From Lepidodermella squamata (Eukaryota > Animalia > Gastrotricha), in assembly GCA_047495785.1 (NCBI GenBank), contig JBLDXI010000003.1:2046001-2110000 (forward strand): a DNA stretch of 64,000 nt, read 5' to 3'. Position numbers and translations under genes: made by a program. Below, piece by piece: positions 21,858-34,357 of this stretch. The notes below the pieces were generated by a model. The model ran no database searches and was not told the DNA's origin. It saw nothing but the letters and a program-made list of their open reading frames with translations. Numbering within the stretch: position 1 is the stretch's first letter; the number at the start of each line of letters is the position of its first letter.

Positions 21858-24800
21858 CTAAGAGTGTCCCTCGCCTCCACCACCGCCACCTTCGCCGCCT
21901 TCTCCTTCTCCTTTGCCTTCGCCGTCTTTGTCGCCTGAAGAACCCAAGCTACCAGTCTTTGTTTGCATGTATCGCTTTACAACTTGGCTCCAGTCCAAAA
22001 CACTTTCCATAGGCTCAGGGCCTCTGTTCGTCCGCTGGGCTGTTTCAGCTATAATTACAGCATTGAATTAGTTTCAAGGATTTAACAAAAGACGTAACAA
22101 AAATGTAATAATGTGTTAAGGGTGAAGGGGTCAACCAAAGCTGTGATGGCATGTTGAGAATCTGCGTTGCAAATAAAGTCTCAAACCAAAATTTTTGAAT
22201 TTTTTTCATGTGTGATTTCTGCGAGATTCTTACTGTCGTCGATATCTTTGGGCACAGGGGCCAGGATCAATGCGCTAACGGTTGAGTCGCCACGCCGGCG
22301 ACACAGAAAATATCTCTGAAACCACCAACCAGCTGTTTTCAGCTTAGCGGCTGACGATTCACTTTTCGCACCGCCAGCAGCTGCTCCAGGAGCCGCCCCT
22401 CCTTGTGCGACCCCGTGTGGATCCAAGTGACCACCACCTTGTTCACTCGCCCCAGCTGACTCGAGAACCTTTTCGGCGCCAAGACTTTCGATCTCGGTTA
22501 CGTAGTAGTTAGCATAAATCGTGAACATTTGCCCTGAAAAAGCATTAATCAAATAAAAATCCAGAAAATTGGAGCAAAACTCACTTCCATACTTGAGTAG
22601 GGCCCTAATGTAGAGATAAGGCCTTACAAGCAAATTCAAAGGCGCAGGAGTTGGAGAGATCTAGGGGGAGAGGAATTAGAATGATCAATTAAACTGGGAC
22701 CGTTTCCGAACCTTGATCATGTTTCGAATAAGCTTGGCTCTTCCGAACTTCCACTCTGAATCAGATCTTCTATGAATACGTTGATAAGCTAGAATTGAGA
22801 AGCAAGATTATTTCCTCCACAAGAGACTATTTCAACCAATTACTTTCTGTCATCATAGCGATAAGAAGATTGACCATGACGACCATTACAACCATCATGT
22901 AGAGGCCAAAGAAGAGTTTGTGAAGGGTTCCGCTGAAATCCGGTCCATTCTTGACCTTATACGGGCCTTTCCAAGGCTCTGCCATTGAATAGATGGCAAA
23001 ATGCAGCAAATTAAAAAGACGGAGGGCTGTCCATGGGTCTAAATTGTTGAATTCCTCCTCATCTGCGTCGGGTGTGTCGTCTTCCTCAACCCAGACGTGG
23101 ACAACCCTTGTAGGGTCGCAATCGGGCAAATCAGCCTCAGAATTGTAAGAAGATGTGCTAGTTGCAAGGGCCCTGCTTTGCTGAATCGTACTCGTGAAAT
23201 TTGCAAATTTCTCAGTGAAATTCGCTATCACGCTCGCAAAGACGTCAGAAGTTATATTATCCTGAATCAACGTCGTCTGATATAACGGCGTTGTTGTGTT
23301 GAAAAAACTGTAATTCCCGCTGGTTAGGTTAGCGAACATACTGGAATTCTCCGCCTGACGGCGACTTCTCTGAAAATTCTCCACCAACGCTGCTAAGACG
23401 GCCGATGCATTTGCAACAGTATTGTTGATAGCTTCTTCGTGGCCTTCGCCAGGTCCTAAAATGCTTGTCAAAGGGGTAGTTATGTTTTGATACTGCGAAG
23501 TATCAGTTGCATTGGTTGCGTTTGTCGTGTTTGTCGAATTATCCCCGCTGTTGTCATCGTCGACTGAAATCGGCGTGAATATGCAGACCATTTGCATTGT
23601 AAATCCCGCCATGAAGAGAAGTAGCTAAATTAGGTCAGTCAGTTCATATGAAAAGAATTAGATTGGTGTTTATAAACTTACCACGACAAGAAAAACTGAC
23701 AAATCAATTGAGAGATCTCGAACGATGACAGCGAATGGTCCGAACTTGTGATGGAAAGTGAAGAAGTCCAGGATCAAAGCGAAACCGAATAACAGGACAT
23801 AGGATAGAATTTGGTTCCGAAAATACAGCAGTAGAACTGCATTTCTTTGATCTCCATAAACCATGCTAAATTGACAGGAATAAGCGTCAATGTCTCTTGG
23901 ATAATATCTAGCAAATTACTCGGCAATAAGAGCTCCAACATGCAAGATCACTGCTAGGAGTGATGTCCCAACATTCATTGGGTAAAGGTAACTCAAACCA
24001 GTTCGATCAGTCTGAAGAGTAAGTTCGGCTACCAGAAGACCCGAAAACCAAACCAGTAGGGTCAGTTCAAGCCTGGAATAGAAAAACTCCGTAACAAGCG
24101 CTTTCACCAAATGAGAACTCACCATGTCGGATAAAAGTTTGTTCTATAAGCTATAGCTCCATCGACAGGAATAGCGGCGATAATTGTAATCAGGAACAAA
24201 AACACGATATGGGATGACAAATACGCCATTACTTTGATAATAGGGATTTGGTGATAGTTGTGGGAGAAAGGTAAGCAAAAGTAAGCCCACAACGGTGGGC
24301 AGAGAAGGAAACCAAGAAATAGACCAAACATCTTTCCGATACCCCAATTCAAATTTCCCTGCCAGATGTCAGAGAGGTAACGCTGGACAGCACTATTCGC
24401 CACAACTTCCTTCAACTCGTCTTCGAGTAAGGAATCCAAGAATTGATTCCCCCTCGAGTCAATCGATCGTAAAATGATAGAAGGCGGAGTGTTAGCTGCA
24501 GCCATACCCAACAGATCAGTCGCCATGTAAGCGCAATAACGGCCGATGTCATTGAGATCTTTAGCTCGCTCCTTCTCTTTCAAGGCCAAATTACGATACA
24601 GCTTGGCCAATTTCGCAGCTGTATCCAGAGGAGCTTTAGAGTGAAGGACGAACTCTTCGACCGATGCGTTCTTATTCGTTTTCGAACAGATCATAAGATC
24701 GACGACAAACTTTTTGTCTTCCATTAGCTGTAGGGTGTCATGTTCCTTGGTTAGAAGGTAGCTCAGAATCGGGATATGATTCGCTCCGGCTGCTAGGGAG

Positions 24801-27800
24801 ATTGCCGTCTTGCCTTCTGAGGTCTTCATAGTAGGAGAGGCTCCCGAATCGACGAGAAGTTTCACGACCTCAGTGAACCCGGCTTTAGAAGCATGGCATA
24901 ACGGAGTCCAGTTGTTCTTGTCCACATCGTTGATCTCAGAGCCCTGACCCAGGAGTAAGGAAACCATGTCTGAATGTCCATGCTCGGCAGCTAAGTGAAG
25001 CTAGGGAGACAAAATTTATTGAAAAAATGCCTCAAATCCAAAAATCTCGACTCACCGGGGTGCGACCTCTTTTATCCTTTATATTGAGATGCTCCGTCGA
25101 CTTTGACAGCAGAAGACTTACAACGGTCAAATGTCCATTCTGGCTGGCATAATGCATGGGGGCACTAGAGAGAAAAATCGCGAAATTGAAAGGTTTCGAT
25201 ATCAATTTTAACATACCATGCCATCATGTTGGTCTGCTCATCAGTCTGAATACCTGGGATATTGAGGAGGAGGCGTACAACGCCCTCATGACCGCTGAAC
25301 GAGGCAAAATGCAGCGGTGAGAGCCCGAACTAAAACAAATGTATTGTAAAACTTGGAAATTCTCGAATTTGTTACTCACATCATGCATTATAAGATCTTT
25401 CAGAATTTTATCCCCGATACCACCTGCATGATGGGGAGCTTCGGACTTCACATTAGGTTGAACTCGCATGAGCAGCTCTCGCACGATTTCAGCTTTCCCG
25501 TAGAATGCAGCGACGTGGATAGGGGACAAGCCGTTTTTGACACTGACTGTGGTTAGCATGGTCTTAGAAGGGATGCATTCAAGCACCTCGAAATGGCCTT
25601 CTTTCGCAGCGAGATGGATAGGGGAGTACCCTTCGTTATTCTCATCGGTGAGAGAAGCTCCGGCATCGATCAGGACCCTTACGACATCTTGATGCCCGCC
25701 ACCGGCGGCAAGACTGGATGAAGAAATTCCTCTTATAAGATATCAAAATCTAGAAAGAAACTCACTGGATGGGCAAAGCTTCGTTAGTTTTGTTCCGAAC
25801 AGCTGTTACAATTGCTTTGTTGAATCTCATAAGTTCACGAATCACAGCAACACTCCCCTTGTTGGCAGCAATGTGAGCACATGTCATACCATTCTAAAAT
25901 GAACCAATCATAGGACCTGGCATTGATTAAAGACGAAACCTCACCTTATTAGCTGTAGTCATTAACTCAGGCTTGTATTTCATGAACAGTTTAACTACAT
26001 CCGGATGATCAGATTCTGCTGCTAGATGGAGAGGTGTTTGACCAAGCTGAAAAATGTAACAAATTTTCTTAATATTTCTGAAGAGAGTGATGGGCAATCT
26101 AAAGGTTCAATTCGAAGTGATTATGTAGGGCTCCGCATTAGGGGATATCAGCTTTAAGGGGCTGAAACCTTTCGCAAGAAGCGCTTCCTTCGATCATTTG
26201 TAATGATTGGCTTCGACTGTGATTATAACCAAATATTGTAGAAAATAAAAATTGAATCATAACAGAAATTTAAATCAAACAAAAAGTTCTAAGCGAGGAA
26301 AGATGTAACCAAAACTAAAAATGAATTTTACCGAATCTGCTGCATTCGCATCAGCTCGAAGGTTAAGCAATAGCTGACAGACGTCCTTTCTACCAGCCTC
26401 GGCGGCAAGATGCAAAGGAGTTCGTTCTTCCAACGATAGAGAGTCTGGTGAAGCTCCGTAACGCTCAATCAACAGTTTCACTAGATCAGCGTATCCATTT
26501 CTTGCAGCCTAGAATAAGTCCAATAAATCCATTCCGAAAAGATTGAAACTAAGAATAATTACCAAATGTAGTGGGGTGATTCCGAGCTTCGACTTGGCGT
26601 TAACAAAGGCCTTATACTTCAGCAAAACCTCGCAACACTGAGTGTTCCCGTTTTCAGCTGCCAAATGAATAGCCGCCTTGCCATCCTCGTCAAACACATC
26701 AACACGAGCGTTGTTCTGCAGTAAGACCTCGACGATTTTCGCATGTCCCTTCTCAGAAGCCGTGATAAGGGGCGACCAGCCATTCTTCGCCTGTCGATTC
26801 GCCGCAGCTTGGAAATTATGCCCTAATTGCCTCGCAAATTCTTGAAGAATATCCGCATCTCCAGCCCTGGCGCAGTAATGAAGAGGAGTTTCTTGGGTCA
26901 ACCTCGTCGTTGCTAAGGGCTCAGCGCCGTTGTCAAGTAGGAGTTTCACGATATCGACATGTTCGAAATCTCGATGGATCTGCTCGCTGGTCAACTCAGC
27001 TGCAAAGTGAAGAGCACTTTCTGACTCGTTGTTAGTCATATTGATAAGATTTGTAGCCTCGCGGATTGAGGAGTTGTGAATCATGAAGGCGATGATGGCC
27101 TTGGCAATGTCGTAGTGGCAATAACGGCAGGCGAGGTGGAGGCAGGTTTCGTTTTGCTTCGAAAGTCTTGTTGGATCACCACCATCAGCCAGTAAAATGT
27201 TCATCAAATCGATAAAGCCGTATCGAGCCGCAATGTGCAGAGGTGTCTCAGCCGTCTAAACAGGACAGTTTCTACTATAATATTTTTCCAGAATTGTGCT
27301 GATCTTTTTGTAATGTTCGAACTTCAATTTTTTCAAATTTTTTGGAATTAGGAATTCTTGTTTTTCAAAATAACTTTTAAATTCACAAATTTCCTTCTAA
27401 AATTCCAGGATTTCTTCATTGAACTAAATAAAGGATTGGTACAGAGAATATTCCGTACCTCTTCTGTGGCGTTGTTCACATTCGCTCCAGATTTGAGTAA
27501 CATTTCAGCGCATCGAATTCCATCCGGAAGCCTCGCAGCAATATGAAGCGGGGTCTCCATCGACGAACCGCCCTTGATATCTACCTCCGCACCATAGCCC
27601 AGCAACGTCTGAATGACATCAGGCTGGTTATGCAAAACAGCCAAATGAAGTGCGGTATAGCCGTCTTTTGTCCTCGCATCAACAGGTGAGCCTTTCTGAA
27701 TGAGGGTCTTGACAACATGGGCGTGGCCATTTTCTGCAGCGGCGTGGAGACACAGTGTCCCAGTTCGGTTAGGCATGAAAAGTGGGACACCGCGTTTAAT

Positions 27801-29873
27801 AAAGGTCAACACGGTATCAGCATGACCTCGCTGGAGAGAAAATGAGAAAACATTCAATTTGAAATTTATTAATTAAAATTTTAAAATTTCAAAAAAATCA
27901 AAATTTCAAAAATACTTCACAATTTTAAAAATTATGGAATTATTGAATTTTTAATTTGATTCAAATTCAAAAAGGAAAGGAGAGAGATCAACTTACCTCG
28001 CTAGCCAAATGCATTAAGGTGGACCCGTCTTTTGTCCTCATTTGAACGTTGGCTTTGAATTTTTCAGCCAACAGCTCGACAATGCCCGTATTTCCACTCT
28101 CCGCCGCAACGTGGACTGGCGTTCTCTCGCGTTTGTCCAACAAATGCGCACTCGCATTGAGCACATGAAGCGTTTTTACCATAGACTCGTGACCTAATTT
28201 CGACGCTAGATGCAGCGGAGTTTGGCCGTCAACATTCGGCGCGTCGACATCCGCGTGCGCCTCAAGTACGAGCGCCTTCAAAATTTCAACATCCGCCTTA
28301 ATAACCGCTAGATGCACAACAGTGTTGCCGTTATCTGGGTCGCGCCACGTTGTTTGCTCCTCGACACAGGCGCAAAGTAGGTCACGCACTAGCGCGAAAT
28401 TAGCTGATTCGATTGCGTAACAAATCGGTAGGTAACCGCGGCCGTCTCGCGCGAGGCGAGATTCTTTCTTCATAGCTCGAAGCAGCGCTTGAGCTGAGCT
28501 GTAGCCGCCCGAGGCGCGGGCTGAGGCGATGTGAAGGGGCAATTGGCGCTTTTCGCCGCCGAAAATGTGAGGATCAGCGCCTTTTGCGAGTAATTGACGA
28601 ATTAGGTCATCGTTGCCATTTTGAGCGCAAATGTGAAGGCAAGTGCGCCCTTCCTAAAAATGAAAAAATATTTAATAAATTTAAATTTTAAATTTTAAAT
28701 ATTCAAAAATTTTAAATTTTAAATATTCAAAAAATTTGATTAGATTTTTTAAAATTTTATTGAATTTCGAATTCATCAAAATTATGACTGCATTTTATTC
28801 TAAAAAAATCTTCCTCTTCCTTTCCTTTTTTGAAGCTGAATTAAAGCATTAATGAGAGTCTTACGTCATCTTTGGCATTGACATCCGCGCCCAAATCGAC
28901 GAGTAGGTTGACAATGTGAGTTTTGCTCTCCTCGCAGGCGTAATGCAACGGCGTTTTGCCGCTGTTTTCCGAATGTTCGTTCAACTCCGGGTCATTTTTA
29001 GCCGTCAGTTTCGTCAGTTGAACCTCGAGTGACTCCCAATCTTTCGCCATGGCCATGCCCAAAATCGTCAGCTTGATTTCAGCCATACCTAGACAAAATA
29101 TTCGGTTTATCATAGCAAATCAAATTCCAAGACAAAGCGATACTAATAAGCGATTAAATTTAATCTAAAAAGCTCTGTGATTCTCTTTCTAATTCCGGTC
29201 ATACCATGCTTTTTCTTTTTCTTCGAGCTCGAAATTTTTACACCATCTATTTAATCAATTTATGGAAGTAAATATTGTCTTCCCATGAAAAATTTCGAAA
29301 AATGCTTTTTTCTCAATTTTTTAATATATTTTTATTCTCTCATACCTCTCCTGCGACTTCCAGCGTTTGACGATCGGCGCCTCTGTTGCATGAGCTGCAT
29401 CATTTTTCGCGATTCTTCCTCAGTCTCCTCGTCCGAACTACTGCTCGAGGTTGAATCGCCGCTTTTCTCACCCTTCGCACCGCCATACAACCGGCTCGTA
29501 ACTCGCTGAATGATCTTGCGCTTCGCCTTTGCCCCGCTGGACGCGCGTCCAGGCTCTGATTTCGCCCGTTTTTTCTTCTGCCGCTTGGTTGGAGATCGAC
29601 TCCGCGTAGATTCGGCGTCTGATGTCGATTTGTCATCATCAGTCGTTCCAGGATCGCCGCTTACCACTGTATCCTCCTCGTCATAGTTAATAGGGGCTGG
29701 TTTTCGAGCCTTGCGACGAGTTGATCTTCGCTTCCGACGCTTCGGAGGCATATTTCTCACAAAATTCCTAAAATTATTCTGAAGAAATGGGACATGATTT
29801 AAAATTCAATAAATAAAAGGATGATTGATGATTTTAAGATATTCTTGACATTTGCTGCAGAACTTCACCACAT
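21858..29873 (-). CDS. nompC: NompC/TRPN1 mechanosensitive TRP channel (~20 exons; alternative start ATG 29751)
   Basis: After manual splicing I counted 29 TPLH-type ankyrin repeats. These are followed by a linker (LDTAAKLAKLY..KEKERAKDL), S1-S6, NLLIAMM, TRP box EWKFGR and C-terminal ESVLDWSQVVKRY. Consecutive exons join in frame at GT-AG sites; stop TAG at 21860-21858. Confidence 0.93.
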
Positions 29874-30930
29874 TTTTTCAAGAATTTCGGTGATGAATCA
29901 TCTTTATTATCGCAGTTAAATCGTAAAAATAGCTTGTATATGTTTTTCGCGGAAAATTGCCGAATATTTTCTAGAAGAAAGAGCGAAAGTTTTGTTTGTC
30001 GCTGATCGATCCGCGCGCTGATGTATGGCCAGTGCCGGATACGTGCACGTGGTCGCCTTGGCAACGCGTTTTCGACTCGCGGCTTTTCAGGCAATAAACA
30101 GCAAAGCAGCAGGGCTGAAGGTGATTCATCGTGATTTCGTAATGCCGCGGCTTCAGCCTACATTTGCCGGGGTAAAATAATAAAAACAAACAACAAAAGA
30201 CCTTGAAAAATGACCGGAAATGATTGAAGGCGATATAGCAGCCAAGTTTTGAAATTCACCAATTTATTAAGTCAAATAAATCAACAATTAATATAATTAT
30301 TAACATCATTATTCAAATTTATCAATTTATTAATTATCTCAGTTTTATTTTATTTTTTATTTATATAATTTATAAAATTACTCAAAATTAAACAAATTAA
30401 CAGTTAATTTACGAAATTTTGCGCTAATTTTTGGCAAATTTGTTTTTTTTCGATTTCAAGTTTTAATCATTTATTTACAGGCGTAAACCCTAGCTACTAT
30501 CACTCAATAAAAACGACACAGCGGTGCTTTGACAAGATGGTCGCTATGAAACGGGCGCGATGAAGGTGTCTGAAAGCGCAAAAAACAGGGATCAATGCGC
30601 ACTTGTATTGATCATATACATATTGGCGCGTGTGATGCTTCAGTTTCATGCCAGCAAATACATATACGCCCCCTTATTATCATAATTTTAGCAAGAAATT
30701 TTTTAGTTTATCACTCGGTGTGACCTTGCAAATTCACTTTTGAAAGACGGCATCTCAAAAGAGTGTTAGGACACGAGTGGTACATTAAAACATGGTTTTT
30801 CACTGCTGAATTTATTCGGCTATTAGAATTTTATTCATTACCTATCAAAAATGAGGTACGAAACAAGCCGAAAAACATCAAGACGCGGTGCGCTGTGAGT
30901 TTATTAATTATTTTAATTTATTTAATAAAA

Positions 30931-33900
30931 ATGCACAAATTACGTCGCAGATTTAAGGCAGCTAATTTGCCTGTACTGACAAAATATTTTCGAAATAAAC
31001 GAGAAGAAAACAGAATTTTGGCTGAAATCAAGGCAACATGTCAAAATCCGAGCGAAGGTAAAGATTTTATTCATTCATTTTTACGATTTTCAATTATTTT
31101 TATCAGGGATTCTGGCCTTTCGTGGAATTACTGGGTCCGGCAAAACAGCCCTCCTATCCCATTTGTTTTCAGATGAAGCCTATCACCAGTTCTTTTTACA
31201 AGAATGCCAAATAGATCGAGTAATTTGGCTGAATTGTTCACGACTCGAATCAGCTTTCATCAAACAGCTGCTACAAATCGGAAAATCATTCTGCAAGAAT
31301 GATCCGTATGCCCTATTCTACAGCGTCGATCAAATGTTGAATTACATGGCATCGAAGTACAAAAACCGGTTCCTAATTGTATTAGACGATGTCCCAAACG
31401 TGGAAATGCTTCAAATTCTACGAAACGACACCCCAAAAGCGGTTTGCATCGCGATTTTTAATGATAGCGATCAAACTTTGATCAAACCCCAACCTGGGTT
31501 GATTCGAAAGTTCGTGGCCATTGATCCGTTGAGTGAAGAACTGAGTGCTGAACTGATGACGCAGACCTACGATCTGAAAAACAAGCTGAAAGATCAACAC
31601 GCGAAGGAATTAGGCAAGCACTGCTTCGGCCATCATTTATTTATCAGTCAAATTGCATCCCGGTTGAATGACTGCCAGAACTGCCAAAAGGAGATGAATG
31701 ACCTGTTAGAGTTCATCAAATCGAACAGTGAATTGACGCCGCTCGATTTGACCAGTCAGTTGTTCGAGTTTAATCTACGGAAAATGGACCCGATTTTGCA
31801 TCGCAACTACCACGCTTTCCTGTTATTCCCAGCCGGTGAACCAGTTAGTTTGGAAGATTTGGAAATTTTGTGGGGCTTCTGCGGTGATCAAGACGCGAAA
31901 GAACGAGCCCTTCAATTCTGCAGTTACTTCGAGAAAAAGTGCCTCATTCGGCGAGTATCAGTTGCAGGGGACATCAAACCGCTGTCAAAGCCCGATAGTG
32001 GGGTCTACTTCATGCTCCACCCGTTTTTATACGAAATCACCTTGGAGTTTTCGAAGAGATTTTACCCGTTCGGGGCTGGCGAAGATGCGCGGAACAATAA
32101 TTGGTACCTCTCCCAACTCCGCCTCAAAGTCGCAAGTGGTTCTTCATGCACCGATGGAGCTAACGTGAAGGCAAATGTCGATATCCTATGTCAAAGCGTG
32201 ATTTATCAAAGACGTCATCTGATCGAACGAATCGTTGAAACTTTGAACCCGGCCGATCTTGCTCCTATTCTTCGAGCTAAGTCCCAATGGTCATCTGGAA
32301 AGGCCTTCCTTCATTTCCTTTATGATTCGACTTGGCATGATAATGTGACTTATTACGACGCGACTAATGCTCCGAGAGGGATTAACCAGGCCTATCGAAT
32401 CATCTACAAAATTTTCCAGAAGCTTCGAGGTTTTGACATAGAGCTGGGGCGAATCTTAGCTGAGAGGTCTGACAATACCAACGGCTCGTTGCTGATATCT
32501 ATTTTCAACGATTTCGAAGAGAAAAGCCAGCATCAACTGGATAGACTACCCCTTAGACGTGCGATAACCAAATTTAAGGCGGATTACGATGAGCAAGTTT
32601 GGTTCGACCAACTTCAGGCGAAGAAAGACCCGGCAGTCACTGCGATTCTACGGAACGATCTCAAAGCTCTGAAAGATATTGTCTTGAAAAGGGAGCAAGA
32701 CCACTCTGTCTATGCATTGATATCTGCAAGATTGGGGAAAATCGATGCTTTGAAGGTTGTTGCTGAGAAAATCGGGCTCGAGAAGCTGATGTCAACAGCA
32801 GATAGCGACGGCAACACGGTTTTCAGCCTAGCAGCTAAAAATGGTCACATCGACATATTGAACTATGCAGTCCATCTTAAATTCGACTGCATAAAATGGC
32901 GGCATCCTAACACGAGTAAAACACTACTTATGATCGCGGCAACTTCAGGACATCTCAAGACTGTCAAGTTCCTAGCTGAGCTGGATGAAGAAAATGTTGG
33001 TAGTGAGATGGACCAATCCTCTGGCGGATACACTGCACTAGCTCTTGCGGCTTCAAACGGCCATCTCGATGTCGTAAAGCACCTCGTTGAACTATGCCCA
33101 GCATCTGTGAGATTTAACTCACAGACTGATAGACAATCAAATGCTTTAGTTGTAGCTGCAGAGGGGGGTCATAAGGATGTGGTCACCTTTTTGTCGGACC
33201 GATTCCCAGAGCTTGTCGATAAGATCAGCCTTAACGTTGCATTGTCAAGCGGCCATGGTGAGGTTGCGAGGATTCTGATCTCAAAACAGCCTGATCTTAT
33301 GAAACCACCTTTCGACCAATCCATTTGGTCACCACTCATGCTAGCTGCTGGGAATTGTGAGCTTGACGATGTCATTTTCATCTACAATCTCTACCCAGAT
33401 GCAGTGGGGATGAGAGATCCTTACTCTGGATGGACTCCATTAGCTGTTGCTGTCAACCGAGCGAGACTTGACGAAACAGTCTTTTTACACGATAAGTACC
33501 CGGAGGCAATGCAATTTCAGGATGAAAACGGCTATACCCCTCTAGCCGAGGCTGCGCAGACTGGTTCGCTGGAAATGTTGACCTATGTATATGAGAAGTA
33601 CCCCGATGCGATATCTCTACTGGATAACAATGGTGAAACGGCTTTGATGCGAGCTGTTCTAGCAGAGCATGGCGACGTGAGGGTTGTGAAGTATCTTTTC
33701 GACAAGAACCCGAATGCTCTCGCTCTACGTAATCGCTACGGTGTTACGCCTTTGATGAACGCTGCATTCAAGTGTCATCTCGAGATTTGTCAGTTCATTT
33801 GTGAAGCTTTCCCGATGTGCGTTGACTGGCGCGATGAGAATGGTAAAACTGCTTTGACTTATGTAAGAAGTGCTGCTTGTTTTGATATCGAACGCCGAAA

Positions 33901-33964
33901 ACGCGTCTGCGATTTCTTGTCCACAAAAATTCAGGATGATAGCGAATTCTTCAATATACTATAG
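30931..33964 (+). CDS. STAND NB-ARC-type NTPase with ~11-12 C-terminal ankyrin repeats (intron 31058-31106; alternative start ATG 30851 via a further intron)
   Basis: Splicing restores Walker A GITGSGKT. Walker B is FLIVLDDV; the GxP-position motif reads CFGHHLFISQIASRL and the MHD-position motif FMLHPFL. Ankyrin repeats follow (DGNTVFSLAAKNGH...NGKTALTY). Confidence 0.85.
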
Positions 33965-34357
33965 CTTATGACTTCATTTCATCATCAACTGCTGGAATTT
34001 GTTTGATGGCAAGGGTGACAATCGGTTAAAATAAATGAAAAGTTTATTTCTGTTCAACATTCAGTCTGTTGTTGGTTGATTTGAGCACTGAACAGGATTG
34101 GCCTATATTGGAAGCTGCTGCTATCCGAAAATTTCCGCATTGTTAAAATAGCGAAGATAGTAAGTGATCAAAAGGAAAATTACAGCCCGCTATTCGTATT
34201 ATTCATATTATTTTTCCGAATGGCACGGTTTTTTACTTTGGATAGCAGGCATAATAGGTTTAACCAGCGAAAACATTAATGAAGCAAAATAATTATACTC
34301 AATCACAAATTTAAACGGGGAGTGTCACTGGCTCAAGACGCAGGTGCAGCGTTAAGA

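Noticed and set aside
22136-22161. Possible extra nompC micro-exon after a good acceptor (gcaacgcag)
   Set aside because: The nearest GT donor gives the wrong phase for the terminal exon; needs RNA data.
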